Shown piece after piece: positions 1 to 8,069 of a stretch of 18,360 bases of DNA; within the stretch, counting starts at the first letter, position 1, and every line of letters begins with the position of its first letter. The stretch spans positions 1 to 18,360 of the forward strand of contig BTVJ01000127.1 in NCBI GenBank assembly GCA_045863395.1, given 5' to 3'. Below the pieces are notes generated by a model that was not told the origin of the DNA, made no database searches, and worked only from the letters and a program-made list of their open reading frames with translations. The DNA comes from Myxococcales bacterium. GTDB taxonomy: Bacteria; Myxococcota_A; UBA9042; JABWCM01; BTVJ01. The position numbers were made by a program, and so were the translations under genes.

Positions 1-95
1 TGTTCGGGGCGGCCGGCTGCGGCAAGAAGCTGGTCACGACGGAGCGGTCCTTCGAGACCGTCGCGCCCCTGTGCGTGAAGCCAAAGACGCTATAG
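1..95 (+). CDS. 3' end of an unidentified CDS entering the window (…FGAAGCGKKLVTTERSFETVAPLCVKPKTL*)
   Basis: Open frame from nt 3 to TAG at 93-95 with mostly G/C third positions. It is followed immediately by a hairpin. Confidence 0.55.
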   Translation, partial: FGAAGCGKKLVTTERSFETVAPLCVKPKTL

Positions 96-100
96 GGGGT

Positions 101-136
101 GGGTGGCGGCTCGCCCACGACAGGCGAGCCGCTCCC
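101..136. terminator. GC-rich hairpin between convergent genes, possible bidirectional terminator
   Basis: Perfect 10-bp inverted repeat GCGGCTCGCC (106-115) / GGCGAGCCGC (123-132) with a 7-nt loop, extendable by GGG/CCC. It lies between the stops at 95 (+) and 151 (-). No U-tract is present. Confidence 0.55.
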
Positions 137-150
137 GGCAGTGGGCGACG

Positions 151-1128
151 CTAGCGCAGCGCCTTGAGCTTCTCCACCAGCTCCGGCACCACCTTGAAGG
201 CGTCGGCCGCCAGCCCGTAGTCCGCGAGCTGATAGATGGGGGCCTCCGGATCCTTGTTGATGGCCACGATGACCTTGGAGTTCTTCATGCCCGCGATGTG
301 CTGGATGGCTCCGCTGATCGCGATGGCGAAGTAGAGGCCCGGGGCCACCGCCTTGCCGGTCTGGCCGATCTGGAAGTCGTTCGGGCAGAAGCCCGCGTCG
401 ACCGCCGCGCGGCTCGCTCCGATGGCGGCGCCCAGGGCGTCGGCCAGGGGCTCCATCACCTTGAAGAAGCTCTCCTTGTCCTTCAGGCCGCGGCCGCCCG
501 CCACGACGACCTTGGCCTCCGTGAGGTCGGGTCGCTCGCTGACCGTCGCGTCGAAGCCCACGAACTTCTGCTTGAGGGCACCCGCCGCGAAGCCGCTGTC
601 GAAGGCCTCGATGGGGGACGCGCCCGCTGCCTCCTTGGCGGCGTCGAAGTCCGTGCCGCGGACGCTGACCACGGCCACCGGGGTGTCGATGGTCACGTGC
701 GCGATGACGTTGCCGGCCCACATGGGGCGCTTGAACACCAGGTTGGCGCCCTCACCCGCGATGGCGAGGACGTCGCTCGCCATGCCCGCGCCGAGCTTCA
801 CCGCGACGGCAGGCAGGACGTCCTTCGCGAACGTGGTCGCCGTCGCCGCCACGAAAGACGCCCCGGTGGCCTTGGCTGCGGCCGCGATGGAGTGCGCGAA
901 CGACTGCGCCAGGTAGTGGCTGAACGCGGGGCTGTCCTCGACGAGGACCTTGCGTGCGCCGTACCTCGCCGCCTGAGCCGCCGCGTCCGCGACGCGGCTG
1001 CCTACCACCAGGATGTCAAAGTGCGTGCCCTTCCGCCGCGCCACCTCCGAAGCGAAGGTGACCGCGGAGAGCGAACCGGAGACCAGCTTTCCATCCCTGG
1101 CCTCACCAACTACCAAGACTCCGCCCAT
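151..1128 (-). CDS. etfA: Electron transfer flavoprotein subunit alpha
   Basis: Motifs [40 protein letters not shown] and INKDPEAPI. Start placed at ATG 1128 (GGAGG 8 nt upstream). ATG 1134 is an alternative. Confidence 0.96.
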   Translation of the reverse strand: MGGVLVVGEARDGKLVSGSLSAVTFASEVARRKGTHFDILVVGSRVADAAAQAARYGARKVLVEDSPAFSHYLAQSFAHSIAAAAKATGASFVAATATTFAKDVLPAVAVKLGAGMASDVLAIAGEGANLVFKRPMWAGNVIAHVTIDTPVAVVSVRGTDFDAAKEAAGASPIEAFDSGFAAGALKQKFVGFDATVSERPDLTEAKVVVAGGRGLKDKESFFKVMEPLADALGAAIGASRAAVDAGFCPNDFQIGQTGKAVAPGLYFAIAISGAIQHIAGMKNSKVIVAINKDPEAPIYQLADYGLAADAFKVVPELVEKLKALR

Positions 1129-1142
1129 CTTCATTGCCTCCG

Positions 1143-1898
1143 TCAGAGCGCCTTCGCTTCGTTCTTGAGCTTGCCGAGCAGCTCGTCCACAGACTCGACC
1201 ATCTTCACGCCGCCGCCACGGGAGGGCGGGTTCTCGTAGCGGATGGTGCGGACCTTCAGGGTCGTGTCGACGCCGAGGCTGGAGACCTCGATCTCGTCGA
1301 TGGGCTTGCGCTTCGCCTTCATGATGCCCGGGAGCGAGGCGTAGCGAGGCTCGTTGAGGCGCAGGTCCGCGCTGATGACCGCCGGCAGCGAGACCTCGAT
1401 GGTCTCGAGGCCGCCGTCCACCTCGCGGGTGACGCGCGCCGTGCCGCCCGTGAGCTCCACCTTGGACGCGAAGCACGCCTGGGGGAGGCCCGTGTAGGCC
1501 GCGACGAGCTGGGCCACCTGGTTGGAGTCCCCGTCGATGGCCTGCTTGCCGAAGATGAAGAGGTCGGGCTGCTCGCGCTCGTAGACCTTCGCTAGGATGC
1601 GGGCGGTCAGGTCGCTGTCGAGCTTGTCGTCCTCGATGCCGGACACCAGGATGCCGCGCGCCGCGCCCATGGCCAGGCCGGTGCGGATGTACTGCTTCGC
1701 GTCCTCGGGGCCGATGCTGACCACCACGACCTCTGCGCCCGTCTTGTCGCCGAGGCGCAGCGCCTCCTCGATGGCGTTCTCGCAGAACGGGTTGACCTTG
1801 TACTCGACACCATCGGTCTGGATGCCCGTCATGTCGGGCTTCAGCTTGATCTTGGCATCAGGGTCGGTGACCCGTTTCGCCGTCACCAGAATCTTCAC
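1143..1898 (-). CDS. etfB: Electron transfer flavoprotein subunit beta
   Basis: MKILVTAKRVTD, NPFCENAIEEA, GKQAIDGDSNQ and DLRLNEPRYASLPGIMKAK motifs. GTG start preceded by AAGGAGG. Confidence 0.96.
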   Translation of the reverse strand: MKILVTAKRVTDPDAKIKLKPDMTGIQTDGVEYKVNPFCENAIEEALRLGDKTGAEVVVVSIGPEDAKQYIRTGLAMGAARGILVSGIEDDKLDSDLTARILAKVYEREQPDLFIFGKQAIDGDSNQVAQLVAAYTGLPQACFASKVELTGGTARVTREVDGGLETIEVSLPAVISADLRLNEPRYASLPGIMKAKRKPIDEIEVSSLGVDTTLKVRTIRYENPPSRGGGVKMVESVDELLGKLKNEAKAL

Positions 1899-2556
1899 CG
1901 GTGCCTCCTTGCTGCGTTGCGGCCGCGACCACCGGCGCCTGCCCGGGCGCGCGGAGCCGCAGTCCGTTCATCAAGACTCCATGGACTTCGTCGGCCGCGC
2001 GCCGGATATCGAACGCGCGGCCGAGGACCCAGGTGAGCGCGAGCTCGTCGAGCATCCCGAAGAGGGCCCGGGCCTGGAGCCACGGGGTGATGTCAGGGCG
2101 GAAGACGCCCCGCTCGATGCCCTCCTCATAGATCTCGGCGGCGATCCGAAGGTACTCCGCGAAGCGCGGGTTCTTGTGCTCCTTCATGAATTTGGCCGAC
2201 TGGCGAAGCTCGACCGTGAGCACCTCTGCGAGCTCCCGGTTGTCCTCCACCAGCGCCAGGTGGTGCTCCACGAAGCGGCGGAGCTTGTCCTCCGGGCCGA
2301 CCGCGCCCCGGAGCGCCACGGTGAGGCTCTCGACGACGCGGACCATGCTCTCCTCGAAGACCTGGATGAGCAGGTCATCCTTGTTCTCGAAGTAGAGATA
2401 GATGGTGCCGTCGGCGACGCCCGCCTCGCGCGCGATCTCGCTGACCCGAGCCGTGAAGAAGCCCTTCTCGGCAAAGACCTTGATTGCGGCGTCGACGATG
2501 CGACTGCGCTTGTCGCCTGTGCGGTCGGTGCGGGTGCGGCTGAGCTCTGGGGTCAT
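1858..2556 (-). CDS. TetR/AcrR-family transcriptional regulator, FadR(YsiA)-like fatty-acid degradation repressor
   Basis: TetR HTH KRSRIVDAAIKVFAEKGF…VSEIAREAGVADGTIYLYFENKDDLL. The C-terminal ELRQS…FRPD segment resembles the YsiA type. It lies directly upstream of etfBA. ATG at 2556. Confidence 0.9.
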   Translation of the reverse strand: MTPELSRTRTDRTGDKRSRIVDAAIKVFAEKGFFTARVSEIAREAGVADGTIYLYFENKDDLLIQVFEESMVRVVESLTVALRGAVGPEDKLRRFVEHHLALVEDNRELAEVLTVELRQSAKFMKEHKNPRFAEYLRIAAEIYEEGIERGVFRPDITPWLQARALFGMLDELALTWVLGRAFDIRRAADEVHGVLMNGLRLRAPGQAPVVAAATQQGGTGEDSGDGETGHRP

Positions 2557-2576
2557 GACGTGAGCGCGCCTCGCGC

Positions 2577-2594
2577 TGAATGACCATTCATTCC
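2577..2594. promoter_or_regulatory. Palindromic operator TGAATGA-CCAT-TCATTCC, putative binding site of the adjacent TetR
   Basis: AT-rich inverted repeat in a very GC-rich background. It resembles the B. subtilis FadR box (TGAATGA-N4-TCATTCA) and lies just downstream of the predicted -10. Confidence 0.75.
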
Positions 2595-2600
2595 GGCGGC

Positions 2601-2630
2601 ACGCTAGCAGACGCGCGAGCGCCTTGTCAA
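2601..2630 (-). promoter_or_regulatory. sigma70-type promoter for tetR-etfB-etfA
   Basis: Minus strand TTGACA (2630-2625), 18-nt spacer ending in TGn, then TAGCGT (2606-2601). Confidence 0.65.
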
Positions 2631-2685
2631 CGCAGATCGGGGTGCGAGGGTCGCTGCCCGGATCGCGGCGGGGGCCCGTTGCCGG

Positions 2686-2715
2686 TTGACGCACGCCGAG
2701 CGGGCAACCGATAAT
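2686..2715 (+). promoter_or_regulatory. sigma70-type promoter for the rightward operon
   Basis: TTGACG (2686-2691), 18-nt spacer, GATAAT (2710-2715), about 45 nt upstream of ATG 2760. Confidence 0.6.
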
Positions 2716-2759
2716 CCCCCTCCCGATCCCGGGTGGGGATCGATCCGCGAGGTGACGAG

Positions 2760-5700
2760 ATGGGCAAGACCACACGCCGGGCGCTCCTGGCCGAGATGGA
2801 CCGGGTGAACCGGGCAGTGATGGGGGCACACCTCCGCGCCGAGGGCTACACCGTTCGTGCGGTGACCGGCCTGCAGGAAGCGCTGCGGGTGGCCCAGGAG
2901 ACGGCGTTCGACCTGGCGGTGTGCGATCTGGAGATCCCGGGGATGGACGGTCTGGAGTTCCGGCGGCGCCTCGCCAAGGGCGCAAGCCGGGACGTCCCCA
3001 TCCTGTTCCTGACGGAGCGCGTGGACCGGCCGCGGGAGTCCTTCGTGCTCCGCGACGCGCCGCTGCTGCTCAAGCCGGTCCCACGGACGCACCTGCGTGC
3101 GGCGCTCGCCTACCTGCGGGCCCGCGAGGAGCGGCGCATGCGACGGGAGGGCGCCACGCTCAGCGGGTCCCTCCTCGACTACAGCGTCGCCGACCTGGCC
3201 CGGTTCATGGAGCGCTACGGCCTGTCCGGGCGCGCGTCCTTCGACGACGGGGACAGAAGCGGGTGGATCCAGTTCTCGGCGGGGCAGCCAGCGAGCGCCC
3301 AGGCTGGCCAGGTGGGGGGCGTCGACGCGTTCCACCGGCTGCTGCGCTGGAGCGCCGGGTCCTTCCAGGTGGATCTCTCCGACTCCCGGGCAGAGCGGAG
3401 CATCCAGCGACCGCTCGTAGAGCTGCTGCTGGAGGGGCTCGCCCGCGCGGAGCAGTGGGAGGCACTCAGGGCACGGCTGCCCGGAGCGCTCGATGGGAGG
3501 GTGCGGAGGGCCGACGCGGAGGCGCTGCTCTCCGACGACCCGCGCGCGCAGGCGCTGGTATCGCAGCTCGATGTGACTCCGACCATCCAGCAGGTGCTCT
3601 CCTGCGGCGCCTTCGAGACCCCTGACGCGCTCGCAGTCCTGGTCCAGGCACTGGAGGCGGGGCGCGTCCCACCGGCCCCGCCGGAGCCCCTTCCGCCCAC
3701 GCCGGGTCCGGCACCCGGGGCCCTGGACGCGGTGGATCCACTGGCCGACACGCTCCCTGCCCTCCCGGCCGCGCGCGAGGAGGGGACGGGGAGCATCTTC
3801 TTCGAGCCGACCACGCCGAACCAGGGGCTGGAGGCCAGCTTGCCCGTCGAGCAGCAGGCCGCCACGCCCGCGGCGTCCGAGCCGATGGCACCGCCGGGTG
3901 TCGACGTCAGTCACGCTCCGACTCACCCGGCGCCGCAGCTCCCCCCGCCCATGGCCGGATCGACGGCCACGTGGGGCGTCCTCCCTCGCATCCGCATGGC
4001 CGACGCGCCAGCGGCCCTCGAGGTCCCGACGGAGCCGGACTTCACCTACGAGGAGCCCGAGCCCACCGTCCTGGGACCGGATGAGTTGACCCCGAGCGCG
4101 CCGCTGCCCCTCGACGTGACGCCCGTCGACGGGCCGCGCGCCCCGCGCTCGGTCTCGGACGACCAGCCGGCGCCTGCGGGCGACGCCACGGTGGACGTGG
4201 AGCCCCACGCGGGACGTCCCGACGATGGTGCCCAGGGCCACGGCAGGGAGGCCGACACTCCAGCGCCGTCCGCGGTCGAGACCGCCGCGGTGAGCGCCGC
4301 CCCAGAGCAGGACGGGGCGCCCCTGACAGAGCCGGGCGCTTCGACGACGCCCGTGGAGACCGCACTGCGGGCCGCGCAGGCGGAGGTCGCGCGGCGGGCC
4401 GCGCAGGCGGAGGTCGCGCAGCACGCCGCGCAGGCGGAGGTCGCGCAGCGGGCCGCGCAGGCGGAGGTCGCGCAGCAGGCCGCGCACGCGGAGGTCGCGC
4501 AGCGGGCCGCGCACGCGGAGGCCACCTCTCCGCGCCCGATGCGTGTCACGCGGGGGGTCCTGGATCTGACCGCCTTCGAGGCGGACGAGCGGGAGGCGAC
4601 AGCCACCCCCTCTCATGCCGACGACCAGAGTGACCCGTGGCACCTGGGCCGCCGCGCCGTCGAACCCGAGGTGCGCGGGAGTGCGGCTCCGCCGTCGCTG
4701 CCCCGTCAGGCCGCATCGCCGCCGCCGACCCCAGCGCCGCCCGCGGCCACGCCCTCGGTTGTGCCAGAGCTGGACAGCCATCAGCTTCCGCCCGCACTGG
4801 ACCTGGGCGCTGCGGCCCCACACGAGCCCGTCGACGCGTCGACGCCGCCAGCGGAGGGGACGCCGGGGGCCGGAGGCGCTCTGCCGGGGCACGCGTCCGA
4901 ACCAAGCGCGGCCTCCCGACCCAGGGAGCGAGACAAGGCGCCGCTCCCGTGGGAAGATGACCGGATCCCACTCCCGTGGGAGGCGCCGGCCGGGCCGCCT
5001 GCGCCCGAAGTGCCCGCCGCCCCAGAGGCCCCCGTGGAGGTCGAGGTCCGACCTCGGGTGCCTGCGGACGCCTCACCTCCACCCAGCCACGAGGCGATCC
5101 CGCAGGCCGCCCTGCCGGTCGAGACACAGCCGGTGGCGCGACCTCTGGAGCTGGTCTGGGAGCCGCCCGTCGCGGAGCTTGCCGACGAGGACGAGCCCAC
5201 CGTGACCATGACGGCACCGATGCATCGCCCGGACCTGGACCAGCTTGTCAGGCGAGCGGGGCCCGAGCCTGGCGCTGAGAGGATGGGGGGAGCACCGGCG
5301 GCTGCCCCGCTCGCCCCGACGCCGGTAGCAGATCCCGGTATGCCGCCGGTGCCGCTGGCTGCGGCGGAGGCGAGCCCCGTCACCCCGCCACCCGCAGCGC
5401 TCCAGGCCCGGAGCACCGCGGCCAGCTCCGACGGGCACGCGGAGGAGCTCGCCGCGCTTCGCAGCGAAGCGCTCTCGGGGGTCACGGGGGAGCTGGCGTC
5501 CGATGTCGTCCAGCTCCAGTTCTTCCGGCCAGGCGCCAGCGACGTCGACGAAGACGCGTGGCACGACGACGAGCCGGCCCGCCCCCCCGGGCGAACCTCC
5601 GCGCGACCAGCCCCTGCCCGCCGGGCCATAGCTATCGCCAGCGTGGTCCTTGGCGGCGCCGTCCTGGTGGCCCTCGCGCTCTGGATCGCCTCGTCGATGA

Positions 5701-6152
5701 GCGCGCAGCCCAAACCGACGCCCGAGCCACAGCGAGACACCCAGACGACGCAGACGCCGGCCCCCAAGCCCCGGCCACAGCCAGCGCCGCCGGAGCTCAC
5801 GCTGGAGCACGCGCAGGCGCTGTATGTCGCCGGGCACCTCGCAGAGGCCGAGCGGGCGTACCGGACCCTCGCCGACCGCCTCGCCGACGACGAGGTCGCG
5901 CACATCAACCTGGCCTCGGTGCTCATCGACCGCGGCAGGGACAAGGAGGCCCGGGCCGTGCTGGAGGCGTGGGTGGCGGGCCACCCGGCCTCCGCCGAGG
6001 GGCAGCTCACGCTGGCAGTCCTGCTCCACCAGGAGGGCCGCCTGGACGAGGCCAAGGCCGCCTATCTGCGCTTCATGGAGGCGGCGCCGCCCGGGCACCC
6101 GGAGATTGGGCGGGTGCGGGGGATCCTCGACTCGTTGTGGCCGGAGCCATGA
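2760..6152 (+). CDS. Membrane-anchored response-regulator-like protein: REC + DUF4388/PATAN-like domain + long Pro/Ala/Glu-rich linker + single TM + TPR repeats
   Basis: REC motifs DLAVCDLEIPGMDGLEF, PILFLT and LLKP. DUF4388-like LSGSLLDYSVADL…SGWIQFSAGQ…LLRWSAGSF…LLLEG. Hydrophobic AIAIASVVLGGAVLVALALWIA. C-terminal TPR-like helices (AHINLASVLIDRGR, LTLAVLLHQEGRLDEAKAAY). GAGGTG RBS before ATG 2760. Confidence 0.85.
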   Translation: MGKTTRRALLAEMDRVNRAVMGAHLRAEGYTVRAVTGLQEALRVAQETAFDLAVCDLEIPGMDGLEFRRRLAKGASRDVPILFLTERVDRPRESFVLRDAPLLLKPVPRTHLRAALAYLRAREERRMRREGATLSGSLLDYSVADLARFMERYGLSGRASFDDGDRSGWIQFSAGQPASAQAGQVGGVDAFHRLLRWSAGSFQVDLSDSRAERSIQRPLVELLLEGLARAEQWEALRARLPGALDGRVRRADAEALLSDDPRAQALVSQLDVTPTIQQVLSCGAFETPDALAVLVQALEAGRVPPAPPEPLPPTPGPAPGALDAVDPLADTLPALPAAREEGTGSIFFEPTTPNQGLEASLPVEQQAATPAASEPMAPPGVDVSHAPTHPAPQLPPPMAGSTATWGVLPRIRMADAPAALEVPTEPDFTYEEPEPTVLGPDELTPSAPLPLDVTPVDGPRAPRSVSDDQPAPAGDATVDVEPHAGRPDDGAQGHGREADTPAPSAVETAAVSAAPEQDGAPLTEPGASTTPVETALRAAQAEVARRAAQAEVAQHAAQAEVAQRAAQAEVAQQAAHAEVAQRAAHAEATSPRPMRVTRGVLDLTAFEADEREATATPSHADDQSDPWHLGRRAVEPEVRGSAAPPSLPRQAASPPPTPAPPAATPSVVPELDSHQLPPALDLGAAAPHEPVDASTPPAEGTPGAGGALPGHASEPSAASRPRERDKAPLPWEDDRIPLPWEAPAGPPAPEVPAAPEAPVEVEVRPRVPADASPPPSHEAIPQAALPVETQPVARPLELVWEPPVAELADEDEPTVTMTAPMHRPDLDQLVRRAGPEPGAERMGGAPAAAPLAPTPVADPGMPPVPLAAAEASPVTPPPAALQARSTAASSDGHAEELAALRSEALSGVTGELASDVVQLQFFRPGASDVDEDAWHDDEPARPPGRTSARPAPARRAIAIASVVLGGAVLVALALWIASSMSAQPKPTPEPQRDTQTTQTPAPKPRPQPAPPELTLEHAQALYVAGHLAEAERAYRTLADRLADDEVAHINLASVLIDRGRDKEARAVLEAWVAGHPASAEGQLTLAVLLHQEGRLDEAKAAYLRFMEAAPPGHPEIGRVRGILDSLWPEP
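4368..4521 (+). repeat. In-frame 27-bp tandem repeat, about 5.7 copies, encoding (R/H/Q)AA(Q/H)AEVA(Q/R)
   Basis: Unit cgggccgcgcaggcggaggtcgcgcag with few substitutions. Copies start at 4368, 4395, 4422, 4449, 4476 and 4503 (partial). Confidence 0.92.
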
Positions 6153-6204
6153 GCGTGAGCGCCAGAGGTGCCACCGACCCACGGGGCACGTCGATGGGTC
6201 GGCG

Positions 6205-7245
6205 ATGCTGATCCTCGGCATCGAGACGTCCTGCGACGAGACCGCGGCGGCGGTGGTGGCCTGCGGGCGCGTCCTCTCCAGCGTGGTGGCGACCCAGGTC
6301 CCGGTCCACGCGCGCTATGGGGGAGTGGTGCCGGAGCTCGCGTCGCGCAACCACCTGCTCGACATCCTGCCGGTCATCGAGCGGGCCCTGTCCGATGCGT
6401 CCACGCCCCTCGACGCCGTGGACGCCATCGCGGTGACGCGCGGGCCCGGCCTCGTCGGCTCCCTCCTGGTCGGGCTCCAGACGGCGAAGACCCTGGCGTG
6501 GGCCCGCGGGCTCCCGCTCGTGGGCGTGGACCACGTGGAGGCACACATCACGGCGGCGCTGCTCGGACCCGAGCCCCCCGAGTTCCCTTACGTGGCGCTG
6601 GCGGTCTCCGGGGGGCACACCAGCCTGACGTTGGTGGAGGACATCGGGCGGTACTCCGTCGTGGGCCACACGCTCGATGACGCGGCCGGCGAGGCCTTCG
6701 ACAAGGTCGCGAAGATGATGGGCCTGCCCTACCCCGGAGGCGTGGCCATCGATCTCCTCTCCGAGGGGGGAGACCCAGGCGCCGTGGAGCTGCCGCGAGC
6801 GCTCATGGCGCGCGGAAACGTCGACTTCAGCTTCAGCGGCCTGAAGACCGCCGTGCGCTACCACCTGGAGGGGTCCCCGGCGGTGAGCGCGCAGCAGAGG
6901 GCCGACCTGGCTGCGAGCGTTCAGGAAGCCATCGTTGATGCCCTGGTCGAGAAGTCGGCTCGGGCCGCCGAGTCCGCCGGCGTCCGATCCGTCGTGCTCG
7001 CGGGCGGCGTGGCTGCAAACAGACGCCTGCGTTCGCGCGCAGCGGAGGTCTGCGCTGCCCGGGGGCTTCGGCTGACTCTGACCCCCCTCGACCTGTGCAC
7101 GGACAACGCCGCGATGGTTGCCGGGCTGGGAGCGAGGCTGCTGGAGCGCGGCGGCGCCCTCACCCCCCAGGATGCCGCGGGGCTCGACGTCTACGCGAAC
7201 GTCGCTGCGGGGAGCCCGCGCTCTACACGGGTGCGGCGCCGATGA
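6205..7245 (+). CDS. tsaD: tRNA N6-adenosine threonylcarbamoyltransferase
   Basis: MLILGIETSCDETAAAVV, GGVVPELASRNH, GPGLVGSL, metal-binding HVEAH, VSGGHT, DDAAGEAFDK, FSFSGLKT, TDNAAM. Confidence 0.97.
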   Translation: MLILGIETSCDETAAAVVACGRVLSSVVATQVPVHARYGGVVPELASRNHLLDILPVIERALSDASTPLDAVDAIAVTRGPGLVGSLLVGLQTAKTLAWARGLPLVGVDHVEAHITAALLGPEPPEFPYVALAVSGGHTSLTLVEDIGRYSVVGHTLDDAAGEAFDKVAKMMGLPYPGGVAIDLLSEGGDPGAVELPRALMARGNVDFSFSGLKTAVRYHLEGSPAVSAQQRADLAASVQEAIVDALVEKSARAAESAGVRSVVLAGGVAANRRLRSRAAEVCAARGLRLTLTPLDLCTDNAAMVAGLGARLLERGGALTPQDAAGLDVYANVAAGSPRSTRVRRR

Positions 7246-8069
7246 TGTCCGCCCCGCCAGCGCGCAAGAGCCTCGGGCAGAACTTCCTGGTCGACCGCCA
7301 CGCGCTCGCCACCATCTCGCGCCTGTGCGATGCGGGCCCAGATGACACGGTGGTCGAGATCGGTCCAGGAACGGGCAACCTGACTGAGCACCTGCTTCAG
7401 GACAGCGGTGCCGGGAGGGTCGTGGCCATCGAGAAGGACCAGCGGATGCTCCCGGAGCTGGAGCGCCGGTTCGCGGGCGAGCCCCGCCTGGAGCTGGTCG
7501 CGGCGGACGTGCTCGACGTGGACCTCGGCTCATTGGTCCCCGCCGGGAGGCGTTGTGTCGCGGTCGGGAACCTACCATACTACGTCGCCACGGAGATCCA
7601 CTTCCGTCTCCTGGCCGAGCGGCGCCACTTCCGGCGCCTGGTGCTCATGTTCCAGCGCGAGGTGGCGGAGCGGATCGTGGCGCACGAGGGGACGGCGGCG
7701 TATGGCATCCCGTCTGTGGTGACGGCGCTCTGGGCCTCGGCTCACGTGGCGCTGCGGCTGCCCCCCGGGGCCTTCCGTCCTCCACCCAAGGTGCACTCGG
7801 CGGTGGTCGTCGCGGAGGTGAGCGAGGAGGCTCGGCTCGCGGTCGGTGATCCCGCGGGCTTCACCGCGTTCGTTCGGGCAGCGCTGGCGCTGCGCAGGAA
7901 GACCATGCTCAACGCCATCGGCGCCCGAGGAGCAGTCCCGCGGGACGCGCTCACAGCAGCGCTCCTCGCCTGTGGCCTGCCCCTGACCGTCCGGGCCGAG
8001 GCCTGCAGCCCGGAGACACTGGCCGCACTGTGGCGTCGGCTGCAGGACATGGCCGGGGAGACGAGATGA
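7242..8069 (+). CDS. rsmA: 16S rRNA m6,2A1518/1519 dimethyltransferase (KsgA)
   Basis: RKSLGQNFL, VVEIGPGTG, GNLPY, MFQREVAERI, FRPPPKVHS and RRKTM motifs. ATGA overlap with the tsaD stop. Confidence 0.96.
   Translation: MMSAPPARKSLGQNFLVDRHALATISRLCDAGPDDTVVEIGPGTGNLTEHLLQDSGAGRVVAIEKDQRMLPELERRFAGEPRLELVAADVLDVDLGSLVPAGRRCVAVGNLPYYVATEIHFRLLAERRHFRRLVLMFQREVAERIVAHEGTAAYGIPSVVTALWASAHVALRLPPGAFRPPPKVHSAVVVAEVSEEARLAVGDPAGFTAFVRAALALRRKTMLNAIGARGAVPRDALTAALLACGLPLTVRAEACSPETLAALWRRLQDMAGETR

Noticed and set aside
103..1239. 378-aa plus-strand ORF, and similar ORFs at 1134-1595 and 1597-2583
   Set aside because: Antisense shadows of etfA, etfB and tetR.
1129..1476. N-terminal extension of etfA given by the ORF track
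   Set aside because: Overlaps etfB in another frame. The RBS and homology start at 1128/1134.
2557..2985. N-terminal extension of the TetR ORF
   Set aside because: Runs through the promoter and operator and into the divergent gene. The low-complexity translation has no TetR similarity.
4368..4521. Possible CRISPR array
   Set aside because: Units are contiguous with no unique spacers, are in frame within a CDS, and no cas genes are present.
5824..6204. N-terminal extension of tsaD
   Set aside because: Overlaps the TPR-coding region. TsaD homology begins at MLILGIETSCD (6205).
2604..6221. Long minus-strand ORFs (762, 424 and 382 aa), including the LRDLRLRG and ACAARCATS repeats
   Set aside because: Antisense readings of the receiver/TPR gene and its 27-bp repeat. 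They are Arg/Gly- or Ser/Ala-rich with no motifs.
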